From positions 95,294,001 to 95,358,000 of the forward strand of contig OX597821.1 of assembly GCA_951406725.2 (NCBI GenBank): a stretch of DNA of 64,000 nucleotides. Direction: 5' to 3'. This stretch comes from Octopus vulgaris (taxonomy: Eukaryota). The notes below the pieces were generated by a model. It ran no database searches, had not been told where the DNA came from, and was given only the letters and a program-made list of their open reading frames with translations. The position numbers were made by a program, and so were the translations under genes. Below are positions 14,783 through 27,870 of the stretch, piece by piece (positions within the stretch are counted from its first letter, which is position 1; each line of letters begins with the position of its first letter).

Positions 14783-15007
14783 ATTAGTTAGTTAGTTAGT
14801 TAATTTTTTGGCTCAAAAAGCAAAAAGCAAGGCCATGTAGGGGGACATGGAGTTATGTACAGGGTGGTGTTCATGTAAAGAGTTCAGGCCACTTGTAGTC
14901 AAGGGAGACTTTGAACCAAGCGGTCGTCGGCATCTTCACTATCTCATCCGGCAGCTTATTCCATGGAGCCGCAACCCGGACGGAGAAAGCCCCTCTCCTT
15001 CGATTGA
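14783..15007 (-). mobile_element. CR1/L2-type LINE 3' end inserted in a SINE
   Basis: Minus strand reads NRRRGAFSVRVAAPWNKLPDEIVKMPTTAWFKVSLDYKW; (TAAC)n tail at 14783-14803. Confidence 0.8.
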
Positions 15008-15399
15008 CACCCATTTGCAACTATCATGTGATGTGAAGGCAAGGAGACTAACACACATGTGCACACACATATACATGTACGTGATGGGCTTCTCTCAGTT
15101 TCCATCACTCAAATACACTCATATGGCTTTTGTCGACCCAGAGCTGTAGTAGAAGGCACTTAACTAGATAGCATGCAGTGGGACTAAACCTGGATTAATA
15201 AGTGAATAAGAAGAGATGAAATTTGAGTATGGATTAAGATTGGATTGTGTATTGTTTCCTGTTTATTTAATGCTTCTCTTTCTTTAATGTTTAGGCTGAT
15301 TCATAGTGACACTGGTGGGACCAGACACCATTCATCTTTGTTGTCCAAATTTATACCATTGCCCATCTGGATTATTTCTCTTTGCTCTTTTTTGTTTTT

Positions 15400-17346
15400 T
15401 AGCCACAATTATCTCTGCCTATGCTCCACAAGCGGGCCTACCAAATGAACAGAAGGACCACTTTTACGATATTCTTCTGCAGGCTACCTCAAAGACAAGT
15501 GACAGTGATCTCATCTTTGAGGCTGGAAATTTTAATGAGCATGTAGGATGGCAACTTAGTATCTTCCATGGTGTTCATGAGGGCCATGGAATTGGTTCCC
15601 AAAATGAAGAGGGAACTAGGTTACTGGAGTTCTATGATGCAAGCAACCTATTGATCTGCAACACCAACTTCAAGAAGCCAGCCAGCCACCTGATAACCTA
15701 TCAATCAGGTGACTCTGCTCGCCAGATTGATTTCATTCTCACCAAACAGCGGGATGCATGGTTTCTCTTCAATACAAAGACCCTCCCTGGTGAAGAATGT
15801 ACCCCCCCCCCCAGCATAGACTAGTTATTAGTGATTTTAGACTTGAGGTCAGAAGGATGCCAGGAAGCAGACCAGTCTGGAGAACAAGGATTTGGAAGCT
15901 TAAGAACTCTTCACATGGACATCCTCATTGAGAAATTTGATAAGAGGGAGGAGGAGCTACAAACTAGTGACAGAGGGCAACTAGGAATTCCTGCGTGGCA
16001 GCTTGCTGTGCACCATGGACCAAATGTGTGACTGGTCCAAAGTCCCATCCATACCTAGGGTAATGTGGTGGTGGAATAATACTGTAGACTGGGCTATTAG
16101 AGCAAAGAAACAGGCCTGGAAAGCCTGGAAGAGTGTGGGTAGCAGAGAACTGTATCAGATAGCCAGAAGGGAAGCTAGGAGACAGATATATATTACCTGG
16201 CATTAGGAAGGGCATCCAGCTGTAGAAACCTTGCCAGATCAGATTAGAACCGGGTAGAGGTAGGGGTCCACCAAGGTTCAGTCTTCAGCCCCCTCCTATT
16301 TATCATAGTCCTCCCGGCAATAACAGAGGAATTCAAGTTAGGATGCCCCTGGGAGCTCCTCTTTGTTGATGACCTTGCTCTAATTGCTGAGTCACTATCA
16401 GAACTACAGAAGCTTCAGGTGTGGAAGCAAGGATTAGAATCGAAGGGCCTTAGAGTCAACCTAGCTAAAACCAAAGTCCTAATAAGTAGGAAGGTAGAAA
16501 AACCATAAACTCCTTCAGGTAGATGGCCCTGCTCAATCTGTAGAAAAGGCGTAGGTAGAAACCCTATAAGATGTCCCCAGTATAAGCTATGGACACTTAA
16601 GAGGTGCAGCAATATCAAAGGAAGGTTAACTAGGAAGATAGTTTTTGTATGTGGCAGATGCTCAGGAGCAATAAACACTGAAAATGTACTGAGAACAACT
16701 TCTGCCACATTCCAAGGAGAAAAACTAGAAGTAGTTGATAGCTTCCATTACCTAAGTGACCAAGTCAGTAGCAGGGGAGGGTGCGCTGAAAGTGTAGCTG
16801 CTAGAATAAGAATAGCCTGGACAAAGTTCAGAGAGCTCTTACCTCTACTGGTGACAAAGGGCCTCTCGCTCAGAGTAAAAGGCAGACTATATGATGCATA
16901 TGTACGAACAGCCATGCTACATGGCAGTGAAACATGGGCCATGACTGTTGAGGACATGCGTAAGCTCTCAAGGAATGAAGCCAGTATGCTCCGATGGATG
17001 TGTAATGTCAGTGTGCATACTCGACAGAGTGTAAGTGCCTTGAGAGGAAAGTTGGACCTAAGAAGCATCAGATGTGGTGTGCAAGAGAGACGATTGCGCT
17101 GGTATGGTCATGTGGCGAGAATGGATGAGGATAGCTTTGTGAAAAAATGCCACACCCTAGCGGTTGAGGGAACCTGTGGAAGAGGTAGACCCAGGAAGAC
17201 CCGGGATAAAATAGTTGACATTAGGAAGGGCATCTAGCTGCAAAAACCATGCCTTAGCAGGCAGCTGGAGTCTGGGTAGCTCCCTGACTGGCCAGCCCCA
17301 TGTTAAACCAACCTATGTCCACATGGAGATGCTAAATGATGATGAT
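15400..17346 (+). mobile_element. Degenerate RTE-clade LINE (AP-endonuclease and RT fragments, internal deletion, 3' UTR with (GAT)n tail)
   Basis: SAYAPQ..GNFNEHVG..NEEGTRLLEF..QIDFIL (endonuclease); GVHQGSVFSPLLF and LFVDDL (RT); VRTAMLHGSETWA..RRLRWYGHVARM..GRGRPRKT (RTE C-terminus); multiple stops and frameshifts. Confidence 0.9.
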
Positions 17347-18432
17347 ATACATAATAGTAATATTTGTGTGATGTCTCTTTCTTTCTCTTTTCTCCTTCTC
17401 TCTCTTCTCTCTTCCTCACCAACTTACCTCTGTTGCTTTCTGTCTCTCTGTCTTCCACCACTTTCTTCTCTCTCCTCCCACTACCATGTGACCTGTGACC
17501 ATTCTCCTGTCTCTGCCCTCGTCTTTTCTTTGCTTAGCTATTGATCATCCAGTCATGCTTTTCTCAGGCTCTATTTCCAACTGAGTGTTTGTTCTTTCAC
17601 CTTTTGTTCTATCTTTCTATCTCTACTTTCCATTTCCACTTTTTTGGGACATTTTCCTTGCATTACTCATACATACTTGTCCCTTGTCCTCTCTTTGTTT
17701 CAGAACTGTACTGCTTTTATGTTGTTTGTATATTGTATATTTTATTTTGTTTTTGTATATTGTATATTTTCTTTTCTTTTTGTATATTTATATTCATACC
17801 ACTACCTGTGTTGTTTGTTTTCATCACTGTCCTCAACATTTCACTCACTATTCCCAGCAGCTTTTTCCTACTAACACTTCCAAAACTGAACAATATTATC
17901 GTTAAAGGTGTGAAATTGTAATGACTTTTGGATGATAACTGACGAGGAATGAACATGCCCGTATCTTGTATGTGTATTTTCTGAAGATGACGTATAAGTG
18001 TTTGGCTGGGAAAGGATTGCACCTTTGCATCTTTTACCTACTTTGCCAGATTCTTCTGTCACCATGTTCTCTTGGACATGTTACTTTAACCCTTTAGCAT
18101 TCAAACCAGCCATATCCAGCCTAAATATTTGACCTTCCTTATGTTCAGAATAATCAGAATACAAAGGGATTAAATATATGCTCTAGCTCATCACCCTGCA
18201 CCATTCTACCTACCCATATATGAGTTTGGATCACTCACTGACTCTCAATAATTCCCCATCTCCCTTTCTCTTTCCCTTCTATTGCCACTCTTTATCTTTC
18301 CGTCACGCACACCTTCATCATCATCATTATCATCATTGTTTAACGTCTGCTTTCCCTGCTAGCATGGGTTGGACGATTTGACTGAAGTCTGGCGAACCAG
18401 ATGGCTGCACCAGGCTCCAATTTGATCTGGCA

Positions 18433-18600
18433 GACCCGAAAGATGGCGATCTACACCTTGTCGGGATGAAGCCAGAGGAAACTCTGGTGGAAGCCAGAGG
18501 ACTTGCAAATCGGTCATCGGAACCGGGTGTAGGGGCGAAAGACCAATCAAGCCATCTAGTAGCTGGTTCCCTCCAAAGTTTCCCTCAGGATAGCTGGCAC
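18433..18600 (+). pseudogene. 28S rRNA fragment (~170 bp) in DOHH intron 1
   Basis: GACCCGAAAGATGG..GAAGCCAGAGGAAACTCTGGTGGA..GCAAATCGGTC..GGGGCGAAAGACCAATC..CCATCTAGTAGCTGGTTCCCTCC.AAGTTTCCCTCAGGATAGCTGG are universal LSU core sequences; no flanking rDNA. Confidence 0.93.
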
Positions 18601-21190
18601 CAAGGACGGTGACGGCCTCGATCTACTCTCACACCTTATCCACTTATAATGTGGTTGAGCACTGCATTTCCTCCTACTCAGCCTTCTCCATTATCCTTTC
18701 TCTCTGCAGTAAACTTATGTTTTGTCAAGAACTGTCTTAGACCCTGATGAAGTGTCCAACCCGTGCAGGCATGGCAAGTGGATCAACCAATTCCATCATC
18801 ATTATTGTTGTATCTTTCCCCTCTCCACACTAATTACTAACATTACTCTTCCCTATCCCTTCCCTCGGTCTCCTCTATTACTCTCACCCCAACACTGATC
18901 CCTTTGTTATTCTCTCTACTACAGTTTTCTCACAACAATAAACCTAGTCCATCCAGAACAGGTGGGGAGGGTCTCTTTTTGTTTTGTGGGTTATAAGGCA
19001 AACAGCACTGTAGCTGGTGTCACAAAAATGGACTCGGTACACTCTCTAAATGTTTGGTAATCAATTCAAGCAGAGCCAACACAGGGCTTGAGAGGGTTCT
19101 TTAGTCCTGCCGAGAGCAAGACAACTTCTATAATGTTACTGCCATGGAAAAATGCACCAGGTACATCATAAAGTGGTAGGTTCTGGGAAGGGCATCCAGC
19201 TACAGAGACTGATACATTGGTGGAGGACATGGTCTTCCAACCTTTTGGATCCTATGAAACCATCTAACCTATGCCAGCATGGAAAAAACAGATGACAATA
19301 ATGAGGATGATGATAGACACATAAGTAAGCATGTGTGCACATGCGTGCACCAGCATGGAACATGAACATTAAAGATGATGGCATTAGGAAGGGCATCCAA
19401 CCATAGAAACCATGTCAAATCAGGCTGGAACTTAGTATAGCTCTGCAGCTTACCATCTAACCCATGCCAGCATGGAAAGCATTTGCTAAATGATGATGAT
19501 TATATATATGCACATATCTGCTCATTGTATTTTAGTATATTGTAGAGAATAGTTCTCAGACATCTTGCACCTTTTACAATTGGCCATATCAGGCCCAAAT
19601 AATTTACCTGCTTTACGCTTAAACTGACCAAATCCAGCCTCTCACACTTATCCCATGTCATTCTTAAAATATAACAAACAATCACATCATCAAAATATCA
19701 AAGCTACAAGATAACAGCTGATAAATTCAAAGCAATGTGATTAAATAAGCTTAAATAAGCATTACATTCAACAGAATAATCTGGATGCTAAAAGGTTAAC
19801 ATAATCCTTAGTCAGAATCAGTGTGACACTGTGTATGATATAGCTAACCCTTTAAATTGCAATTACAGCTGGTTGGTTTGCTTCCGACAGTTTGGTGAAA
19901 CCAAGGCAATATACAATAATGTATCCTACTTTTGATCTCAGTTTTTGGCTTGTGCCCTGTTCTACAAAAACCATATCTACTCAGCCATGTGGCTGGATGT
20001 TTGACCTGCATTGAATGTTTCCACTAAACACATGGCCGATGATTTTCGTATCAACCAAAGAGACCAATACTTAAACCTTCAATAACCAGGTGAACCTGAT
20101 ATTGCTGTCAGGTGAATTCATTTGCCTGCATTGGAACAAGCTTTGCCGATTGAGATACCACTGATAACTTAGTAATCTAATCTGGTATTTTGATGAATCA
20201 TTTTAGGATACTTTTAGTACTAGCTATCATTACAGATATCACAGCTGGAGTTGGTGAAGGTCAAATAGCAATCCACTCACCTTATCACATACTCATAGAC
20301 TGATACAGAGATGTGTGCATGTATGTCTTTCTTTATGTTTGTGGTTATTATTTCAGTGTTTCATATGAACTATTAATATAACTACCAATATCTGAAAGGT
20401 GTTGGTAGGTACTAAAGAGTGTACAACAGTATTTTCTCTTTATAAGTGGCTATAATTGTCTTATGTGCTTCTGATTATTATAACCTCCAATATTTGAAAG
20501 GCAATATATGTCTATGTATCATTGTGTGTGTGTGTGTGTGTATATGAATGTGTTTCTCTTTATATGTGTTCAGTATTTTGAATATATTTTATCCTAACTG
20601 TTGTTCATAGAAAACAAAATTGTGTCATTATGTAACTCAGTGTGTGTTTGTGTGAATGTATTTCTACTGTATTTCATTGTTTGTGAAACTGATTTTTATT
20701 TTGTATATATATATATATTTAGCCCATGACTTACCTACATAGTATATGAAAAAGTATTGAGCTGAATACTCAACTTGAGATCTGTATCTGTATCGTTTTG
20801 CTACAAGGTAAAATTTAAAACCAAAATTTAAAAGTTTAAACTGAAAAAGTTTCCCCATTTTTTATGTTTTAGTAATTATTCATACAACATTTAGATATCC
20901 TTGCTCCTCGAGATAGCAAAGTAGAGGAGACTCAAGAGAAGAAAGAATGAAGCAAACATACAGGACAAAACAGTGGTATTTAATTTTTAGGTGGTTGAAT
21001 ATGTTGTATGAGAAGAACGATGGTTGTGGTGTGTAAAGAAAGCAACAAGTTCTTCATAGCTGCTTCCCAATAATTAATGCTCTTTACTCAAGTCTTTTAT
21101 TTGTTTGTTATTATCATCTTGACATGATAGATATCTATATTATCTTATAATCTTAGCTTCATATTTTGTCTATTTCTTTTACCTCTGCAG

Positions 21191-21267
21191 GTGAAGCTTT
21201 GGGTGCAATTGGATCATTATCTTCCATCAAAGTTTTGAAAAAATTCGAACACAATGATATCATTGAG
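21191..21267 (+). CDS. DOHH: Deoxyhypusine hydroxylase, coding exon 2 (77 nt, absent from the ORF track)
   Basis: Polypyrimidine tract + CTGCAG acceptor ending 21190; reads (G)EALGAIGSLSSIKVLKKFEHNDIIE, completing HEAGEALGAIG; donor GAG|GTATAT at 21268 (phase 0). Confidence 0.95.
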
Positions 21268-24092
21268 GTATATTTAATAAACCAATTCGATTACTTCGTT
21301 TTTGGTAATATCCACTTACAAGTAAACTTTGTCACAAAGTAATAATTAAATACAATCATTAGGATTGATGGAAAGTAGTGGTGGTCAGGTTGCTGTGATA
21401 AAATATATTTCAAACATTATTGGAGATGATTGTTTAACACTTTTCAAACTGACACCACTATGGAAATTAGTGTAACCATCTCTGTGATAAACTTTTTTTG
21501 TTCCTTTTAGCCATCTAGGTAGTCTCTCTGATCATTTGGTTTGCTAGAAATAACAAACTACCATCTTACAAAAAGAAGTAAACATTAGGTAATGTAGTAC
21601 TAGGAGCACTGAATAATAGGTGAGATGGTCATGACTGGAACAACTTTGATCATAGGTCTGCTGAATTAGGAATGATCTGGAACTAAGCAACAACATTGAA
21701 AGTAACTAGATACACTATATACTTATATGTTGTATATTATACATTAAATATGCTATAATCATTATCATCGTCTTGCATCTACTTTCAATGCTGGTAGATA
21801 TTAAGCAGGTCCTAATGGTCCAAGTCACTTATTCAGAGTTACAGGCCTCCTAGGTGGATCATGCTGATTACATTTCACTTGTGTGTTCTATTGCAGCATG
21901 GTTTCTACAGCTGGATGCCCTTATTAACATCAACCACATTACTAAGTGTATTGAGTGCATTTAATATTGGCTTTCAAATAGAGACAATGTAGGAACAAGA
22001 GGAGCCTTGTACTCTGCAAGGCTAAAGAGTGAGACCTCACTGCTTTATATTGTCTCTATTAGTTCATGGCCAAGTTACCAAGAAGGTGAATAAAAGAAAA
22101 GGCAATGACAGAAGTTGAATTAGGGTGAGAGGGTAAAAGAAGCAAGAGTGTAGATTATTTGGGTGACAGGGTGGCAGAGGAGAGAGAGAAATAGAAGAGA
22201 TGGCAGAGAGCAGTAGGAGAGAGACATTAATGGCAGTTTCGTGTTTGTTGGTGAGTGTCCTGGAGATGAGTGATGATAAGCAGGAGTGTGAGAGTGATGG
22301 CTGTCAATTAATGAATGATGGCTAGCAGTAGTGGAAAGCTACAGGTAGTGATACAGCTGGAGGTAGGGGTAGAAGGGTTTAGTTTTATCATATCAAATTC
22401 ACTGTGTCATGATGATATTTCTCATTAGACTGACCGACATGACCCAGTGAGTTGGAAAGCAGGTAAGTATTAGAGAAATGCAAGGGTATCAAATAGTTGG
22501 GAGCGAGGTGTGCAGCAGATGGAAACTTGATAGGCACAAATGGGTAAAACAGTGAATGTATTATATATCCCTACCTCCACTATTATCACTATATAACATA
22601 TATTATGCCTGTCATGCATGGAAATTTTCCAGCACTGTATGTCACCAATTATCATTGTCCTTTGTCATTTCCTTTGTGAGCTCTTTACCACTTTATCCCA
22701 GGTCTTCCTTGGTATTCTTCCTTCACAGGTTCTATCCACTTTCAGCACACAACTGTCATCCTCCATGTCCATCGTATGGCCATACCAACACAGCATTCTC
22801 TCGGTTCATTTGTACTCCATCATTCGTGCACACTAATATCTCACATCCAGTGGAGCATGCTTGCTTCATTTTCTTTTCCAGTCTTTACAAATCCTCTACC
22901 TTCAAGGCCCACATCTCACTACCTGGCAACATGTTCATACACAAGCATCATGCAATCTGCCATTCACTTTAAGAAACTCTTTTTAGTCAGCAGAAGTAAT
23001 AGCTTCTTGAGCTTGCTCTGGCCACTATGCTTTTGGTACACCTATCTCCATTGTTAATTAGGTCAGCAAGGTAACCAGAGCTGTCAAGTTATTTTTAGTG
23101 ATTCATCTGAGCATTGGCTGGACTTTATTCCATGCATATTCTTACTTCTAAACATTCTTGTGCATCTATGTCATACAAAGTCAACTCTCTTTGTTAACCT
23201 GCCAATGCACCCCCATCACACCTCATGTGTGTCCACATTTTACACTGTGTACAACATATAGAATTTCTGTCCACTCTTTTCCTGCGTATCAAGCACAGCC
23301 TTTTCTTGATGGTAACAGTGTCTTGAGTCCTTTATTCCTTACTAAAACTTGAGTCTTCCCTAAGTATATTTTAAGGCCACTTGACTCTAGATTTTGCTTC
23401 CAGGTCTAGTATTTCATCTCTAAATATTCTACAGATATGGCCATAAGAACTAGGTTATTAATTACAGGAGCTCCCATACACAGCTTGTCTTGAACTCTAT
23501 TATCACCTGTAATACTATCACAAATAGGAAGAGATTGCAGACTTAGCATTGATGATGCCTGCATGCTGGACCTCACAAGCCGTTCATCTATCTGTGATTT
23601 CCCTAAATAACTAAATAATTGAAAATAGAACCTTGTCAAAGACATTGTAGGACAACAAATGCTAGATATAGAGGCTTACTCCTAACTGGGTACTTAAGTA
23701 GTGTTTTAGTAGGAAGACAGTATCAGTAGTGCTTCTTTTTAATACCAAGCCAAACTATACTTCATCATCATCATGCTGGCCTGGGCTGAACAGTTTGATA
23801 GGAGCTGGCCAGGCTCTATGTCTGTTTTGGCATGGTTTCTATGGCTTGATGCCCTCCCTGATGTCAACCACTTTACAGAGTGTACTGGGTGCTTTCGTGC
23901 ACTACCAGCATAGCTGCGTCTATGGGGCACTGGTATAGGTACTTACTACGTCACACCAACTCCCACAAGCCTGCAAGATTAGGAATGTTGAAGTGGAGAA
24001 GGATGCAGGCAACCACGCTTTTACTTAGCTTGATGTGTCTTCTTAAGCATCTATTATAATTTTTACGTTTATCAATTCGTTTTGCAAGATTC

Positions 24093-24455
24093 CTGATGGG
24101 AAATCATTTGTTGAAACAGATGTACTTTGGGATGGTCATTTTATTTGTCTTTTTTTTTTTTTTTTTTGCCAAATAAACACAAGCACTTTTTTTTTTTTTT
24201 GTTTTATCACTCGTTTATTACTGTTATTTTATTAGTTTAACACCTGTCCATTGTCTTTTGTCAGACATCTGTGGCCTCTTCAACAATACTTTATTGTTTC
24301 CGTGTGCGTTCTTGTTTCACTTAATCCAGGCATTAAAATAATAAAATAACAGTAATAAACGAATGAAGAAGAAAATATATATATATATATATAGTGCATA
24401 TGTTTATTTGGTAAAAAAAAAAATAATAATAATAAAATGACCATCCCGAAATGCA
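24093..24455. repeat. Inverted repeat (~120-bp arms) next to a degenerate hammerhead-like core
   Basis: Arms ~24125-24246 / ~24327-24452 (GGGATGGTCATTTTATT / AATAAAATGACCATCCC); CTGATGG..GAAACAGATGTA at 24093-24124. Confidence 0.55.
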
Positions 24456-24824
24456 ACAATATTATAATTTTGTTTCTAAACAACTGTGCTATAACTCTTT
24501 CTGTAACTTTCGTAATTAGGTTCTATGATTTAATGCCCTTGTCATTGCCCCTTTATAGAGCATCTTATTGTAGTTGACAGTAATGTTACTACACTAATCA
24601 TTAGGTATGATGACACCTTCTTGCCTGTGCTTACAGGTTCACTGTGCATGTGACTAACATGTAACCTTTTTCACCAGCTGTCTTAATCATCTTAGCTTCA
24701 ATTCTTGAAAGATCAGCTGCCTTCTTTGCCTCCATGTTTTCCATTGCACATCTAGCCGTAGTACTGACAACTTGGGTGGGTGATCCTTTTGTTGGATCTA
24801 TATTTATACACGTATTAGTGATGT

Positions 24825-24855
<31 letters not shown>

Positions 24856-25719
24856 GTCTACATATACCTTTTATATTTTACTTGTTTCAGTCATTGGGCT
24901 ATGGCTGGGCTGGGGCACTGCCTTGAAGTATTTGGTAAAAAAAAATCAACCTCAATACTTATTTATGTTTTAAGCTTGACACTTATTCTGTTGGTCAGTT
25001 TAACCAAACTGCTAGGTTACTGTGACAAGCAAACCAACAGCAGTTGTCAAGCAGTGGTGTAGGACAAACACATACACACATACATACAAACAAACAATGG
25101 ACTTCTTTCAGTCTCTGTCTATTAAGTCTACTCATGAGACTTTGGTCAACCCAGAGCTCACCAAAGAAGACACTTGCCTAAAGTACAGTGTAGTGGGACT
25201 GAACCCGTGAGCACATGGTTGGAAAGCAAGCTTCTTACCACACAGCCACACCTGTGCCTATTACGTTTACACATACACCTGTCACATGCTTGTGCTAGTT
25301 TCAGTCACTGGAATACATCCACGATAGGGCACTGTTTTCAAGGATCCAATCAGTTAAATGAACCCCAGTTCAGTGAAAGAGATCTGCAGAATAAGTACCA
25401 CATTTAAAAAATAATTCCTGGGGTCGACTTGTTAAACTAAACCCTTAGAGGCAGTGTCCCCAGCATAGCCACATTGCAGTGGCTGAAACAAGTATTATAA
25501 GGTACGTGTGCCACTGTGTCTGCCCATATTTCTGAGTGAGAGTGTATGTATGTGTATGTATGTATGTATGTATGTATACATGTGTGTGTGTGTTTACATA
25601 TGTCTGTCATGTATGTGTTTAAAATGAGTGACAAAGAGTGGAGAGGTTTCTTTATAATTGATACTTCCTCTCTAAATGGTGCTTGTTTTTGTTTCTCTCT
25701 CCAAACATATTCATTATCT

Positions 25720-26044
25720 GGAATGGCTTCTGTGCTGGTGGCACATGAAAAGCACCATCCGAATGTTGCCAGTACCGCCTTGGCTGGCTTCCGTGCCGCT
25801 GGCATGTTAAAAGCTCCAACCGATCGTGGCCGATGCCGGATCCCCCCTGGCACCTGTGCAGGTGGCACGTAAAAAGCACCCACTACACTCGCGGAGTGGT
25901 TGGCATAGTAAGGGCATCCAGCCGTAGAAACTCTGCCAGATCAGACTGGAACCTGGTGCAGCCTCCTGGCTTCCCAGACCCCGGTCGAACCGTCCAACCC
26001 ATGCTAGCACGGAAAACGGACATTAAACAATGATGATGATGATG
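25720..26044 (+). mobile_element. RTE-type 3' UTR fragment with (GAT)n tail (further copies at 5228-5500, 8422-8593, 27550-27831, 30836-31045, 37602-37985, 51234-51488)
   Basis: Repeated GGTGGCACGTAAAAAGCACC units, GGAAGGGCATCCAGC, GTCCAACCCATGCTAGC..TTAAAC(GAT)n; the same tail follows the RTE ORF at 17215. Confidence 0.85.
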
Positions 26045-26221
26045 TTTATCCTCACCTTATTGAGCAGATTTAGGGTGATAGCTTTCCAACTGTGAACATT
26101 TTTTTGTCTGTATGTCAAAGACTACATATATGTATTTGTATGCATATGTATGTCTAAGTCTGGAACTGAAGTTACCAGAAGCATACTCAGACAGCAATTT
26201 TTTTTTTTCTTAAAGTACGAA

Positions 26222-26600
26222 AGGCATGGCTGTGTGGTAAGAAGTTTGCTTCCCAAACTCATGGTTCCAGGTTCAATCCTGCCGTGTAGCACTTTGGGAA
26301 AGTGTCCTCTTAATAGAAGTGAACCAAAGTCTTGTGAGTGATAGACAGAAACTGAAAGAAGCTTGTGTTTGTGTGTTATCTCTTTGTTTTCGATTTCATA
26401 TAATAGTTGTAAATGAGTGTCACTGTCATAAAAGCAGTGTCCCTCAGTTCCAATCTTTTGTGGAAACATGTCCTTACTTGGAAACAGGTGAAGGTTGGCA
26501 ACAGGAAGGGCATCCAGCTGTAGAAAATCTACCTCAACACAATTCTGTCCCACCTGACCCATGCAAGCATGGAAAAGTAGATGTTAAATGGTGATGATGA
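26222..26600 (+). mobile_element. tRNA-headed SINE with RTE-type (GAT)n tail
   Basis: Head similar to the 52260 family, but ends GGAAGGGCATCCAGCTGTAGAAA..CCCATGCAAGCATGGAAAAG..GTTAAATGGTGATGATG. Confidence 0.75.
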
Positions 26601-26767
26601 ATATATGTATATATATGTATGTATATATATGTGTGTATATATATGTGTATATATATATGTATATGTGTATATATATATATGTATATATGTATATATATAT
26701 ATGTATTATGTATATATGTATATGTATATATATGTATATATATATATGTATATATATGTATATATTA

Positions 26768-26879
<112 letters not shown>

Positions 26880-26991
26880 ATATATGTGTGTGTGTATAAA
26901 CGTGTGTGTGTGTGTGTGTATGGCTGTACATGTGTAAGCAATTATAATGAATTTCTTTTGTTTATTTGTCTCTTTTTTTTTTTTTATCCAG

Positions 26992-27238
26992 CTTGCTCAT
27001 ACGTGTCAGTTAGCCATACAACGAATCAGGTGGTTACATGGCTCAGATCGTCACAAGAAAAACTTGTCCAAAAATCCATACAATTCTATCGATCCTGCAC
27101 CACCTGCTGAATGCCAAGACATGGTGAAATTGGAGAAGATGCTGCTGGATGAATCACTGCCTATATATACTCGCTATCGGGCCATGTTCTCTCTCAGGAA
27201 CATGCAAACGGATGAAGCATGCTTAGTTCTTGCTAAAG
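26992..27238 (+). CDS. DOHH: Deoxyhypusine hydroxylase, coding exon 3
   Basis: T-rich tract + CAG ending 26991; [14 protein letters not shown]...[10 protein letters not shown]...[20 protein letters not shown]...LAK; donor G|GTAAG at 27239 (247 nt, phase 1). Confidence 0.96.
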
Positions 27239-27468
27239 GTAAGGAAACTCTGATACTAGATTAAACTTTCAGATGTAAAGTATCTAGAGTAGATGTAAAG
27301 TATCTAAGCGCAGGAGTGGCTGTGTGGTAAGTAGCTTGCTTACGAACCACATGGTTCCGGGTTCAGTCTCACTGCGTGGCACCTTGGGCAAGTGTCTTCT
27401 ACTGTAGCCTCGGGCCGACCAAAGCCTTGTGAGGGGATTTGGTAGGCAGAAACTGAAAGAAGCCTGTC

Positions 27469-27510
<42 letters not shown>

Positions 27511-27515
27511 ATATC

Positions 27516-27553
<38 letters not shown>

Positions 27554-27827
27554 GGCCATAGCCAGTACTGCATTGACTGGCCTCCATGCCGGTGGCACGT
27601 AAAAAGCACCATCCGAGCGTGGCCATTCGCCAGCCTCATCTGGCACCTGTGTCAATGGCACATAAAATCACCCACTACACTCTCGGAGTGGTTGGCGTTA
27701 GGAAGGGCATCCAGCTGTAGAAACACTACCAGATCTGACTGGCCTGGTGCAGCCTTCGGGCTTCCCAGACCCCGGTCGAACTGTCCAACCCGTGCTAGCG
27801 CGGAAAACGGACGTTAAACGATGATGA

Positions 27828-27870
<43 letters not shown>

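Noticed and set aside
17935-17970. CTGACGAG hammerhead half-core
   Set aside because: No GAAA or stem II downstream; cannot be supported.
18433-18600. Functional rRNA gene
   Set aside because: Only ~170 bp, internally rearranged, intronic, no rDNA context.
22100-23700. ORFs in DOHH intron 2 (and 13260-14030, 9900-10400)
   Set aside because: Appear to be highly decayed minus-strand LINE remnants; too degenerate to annotate with confidence.
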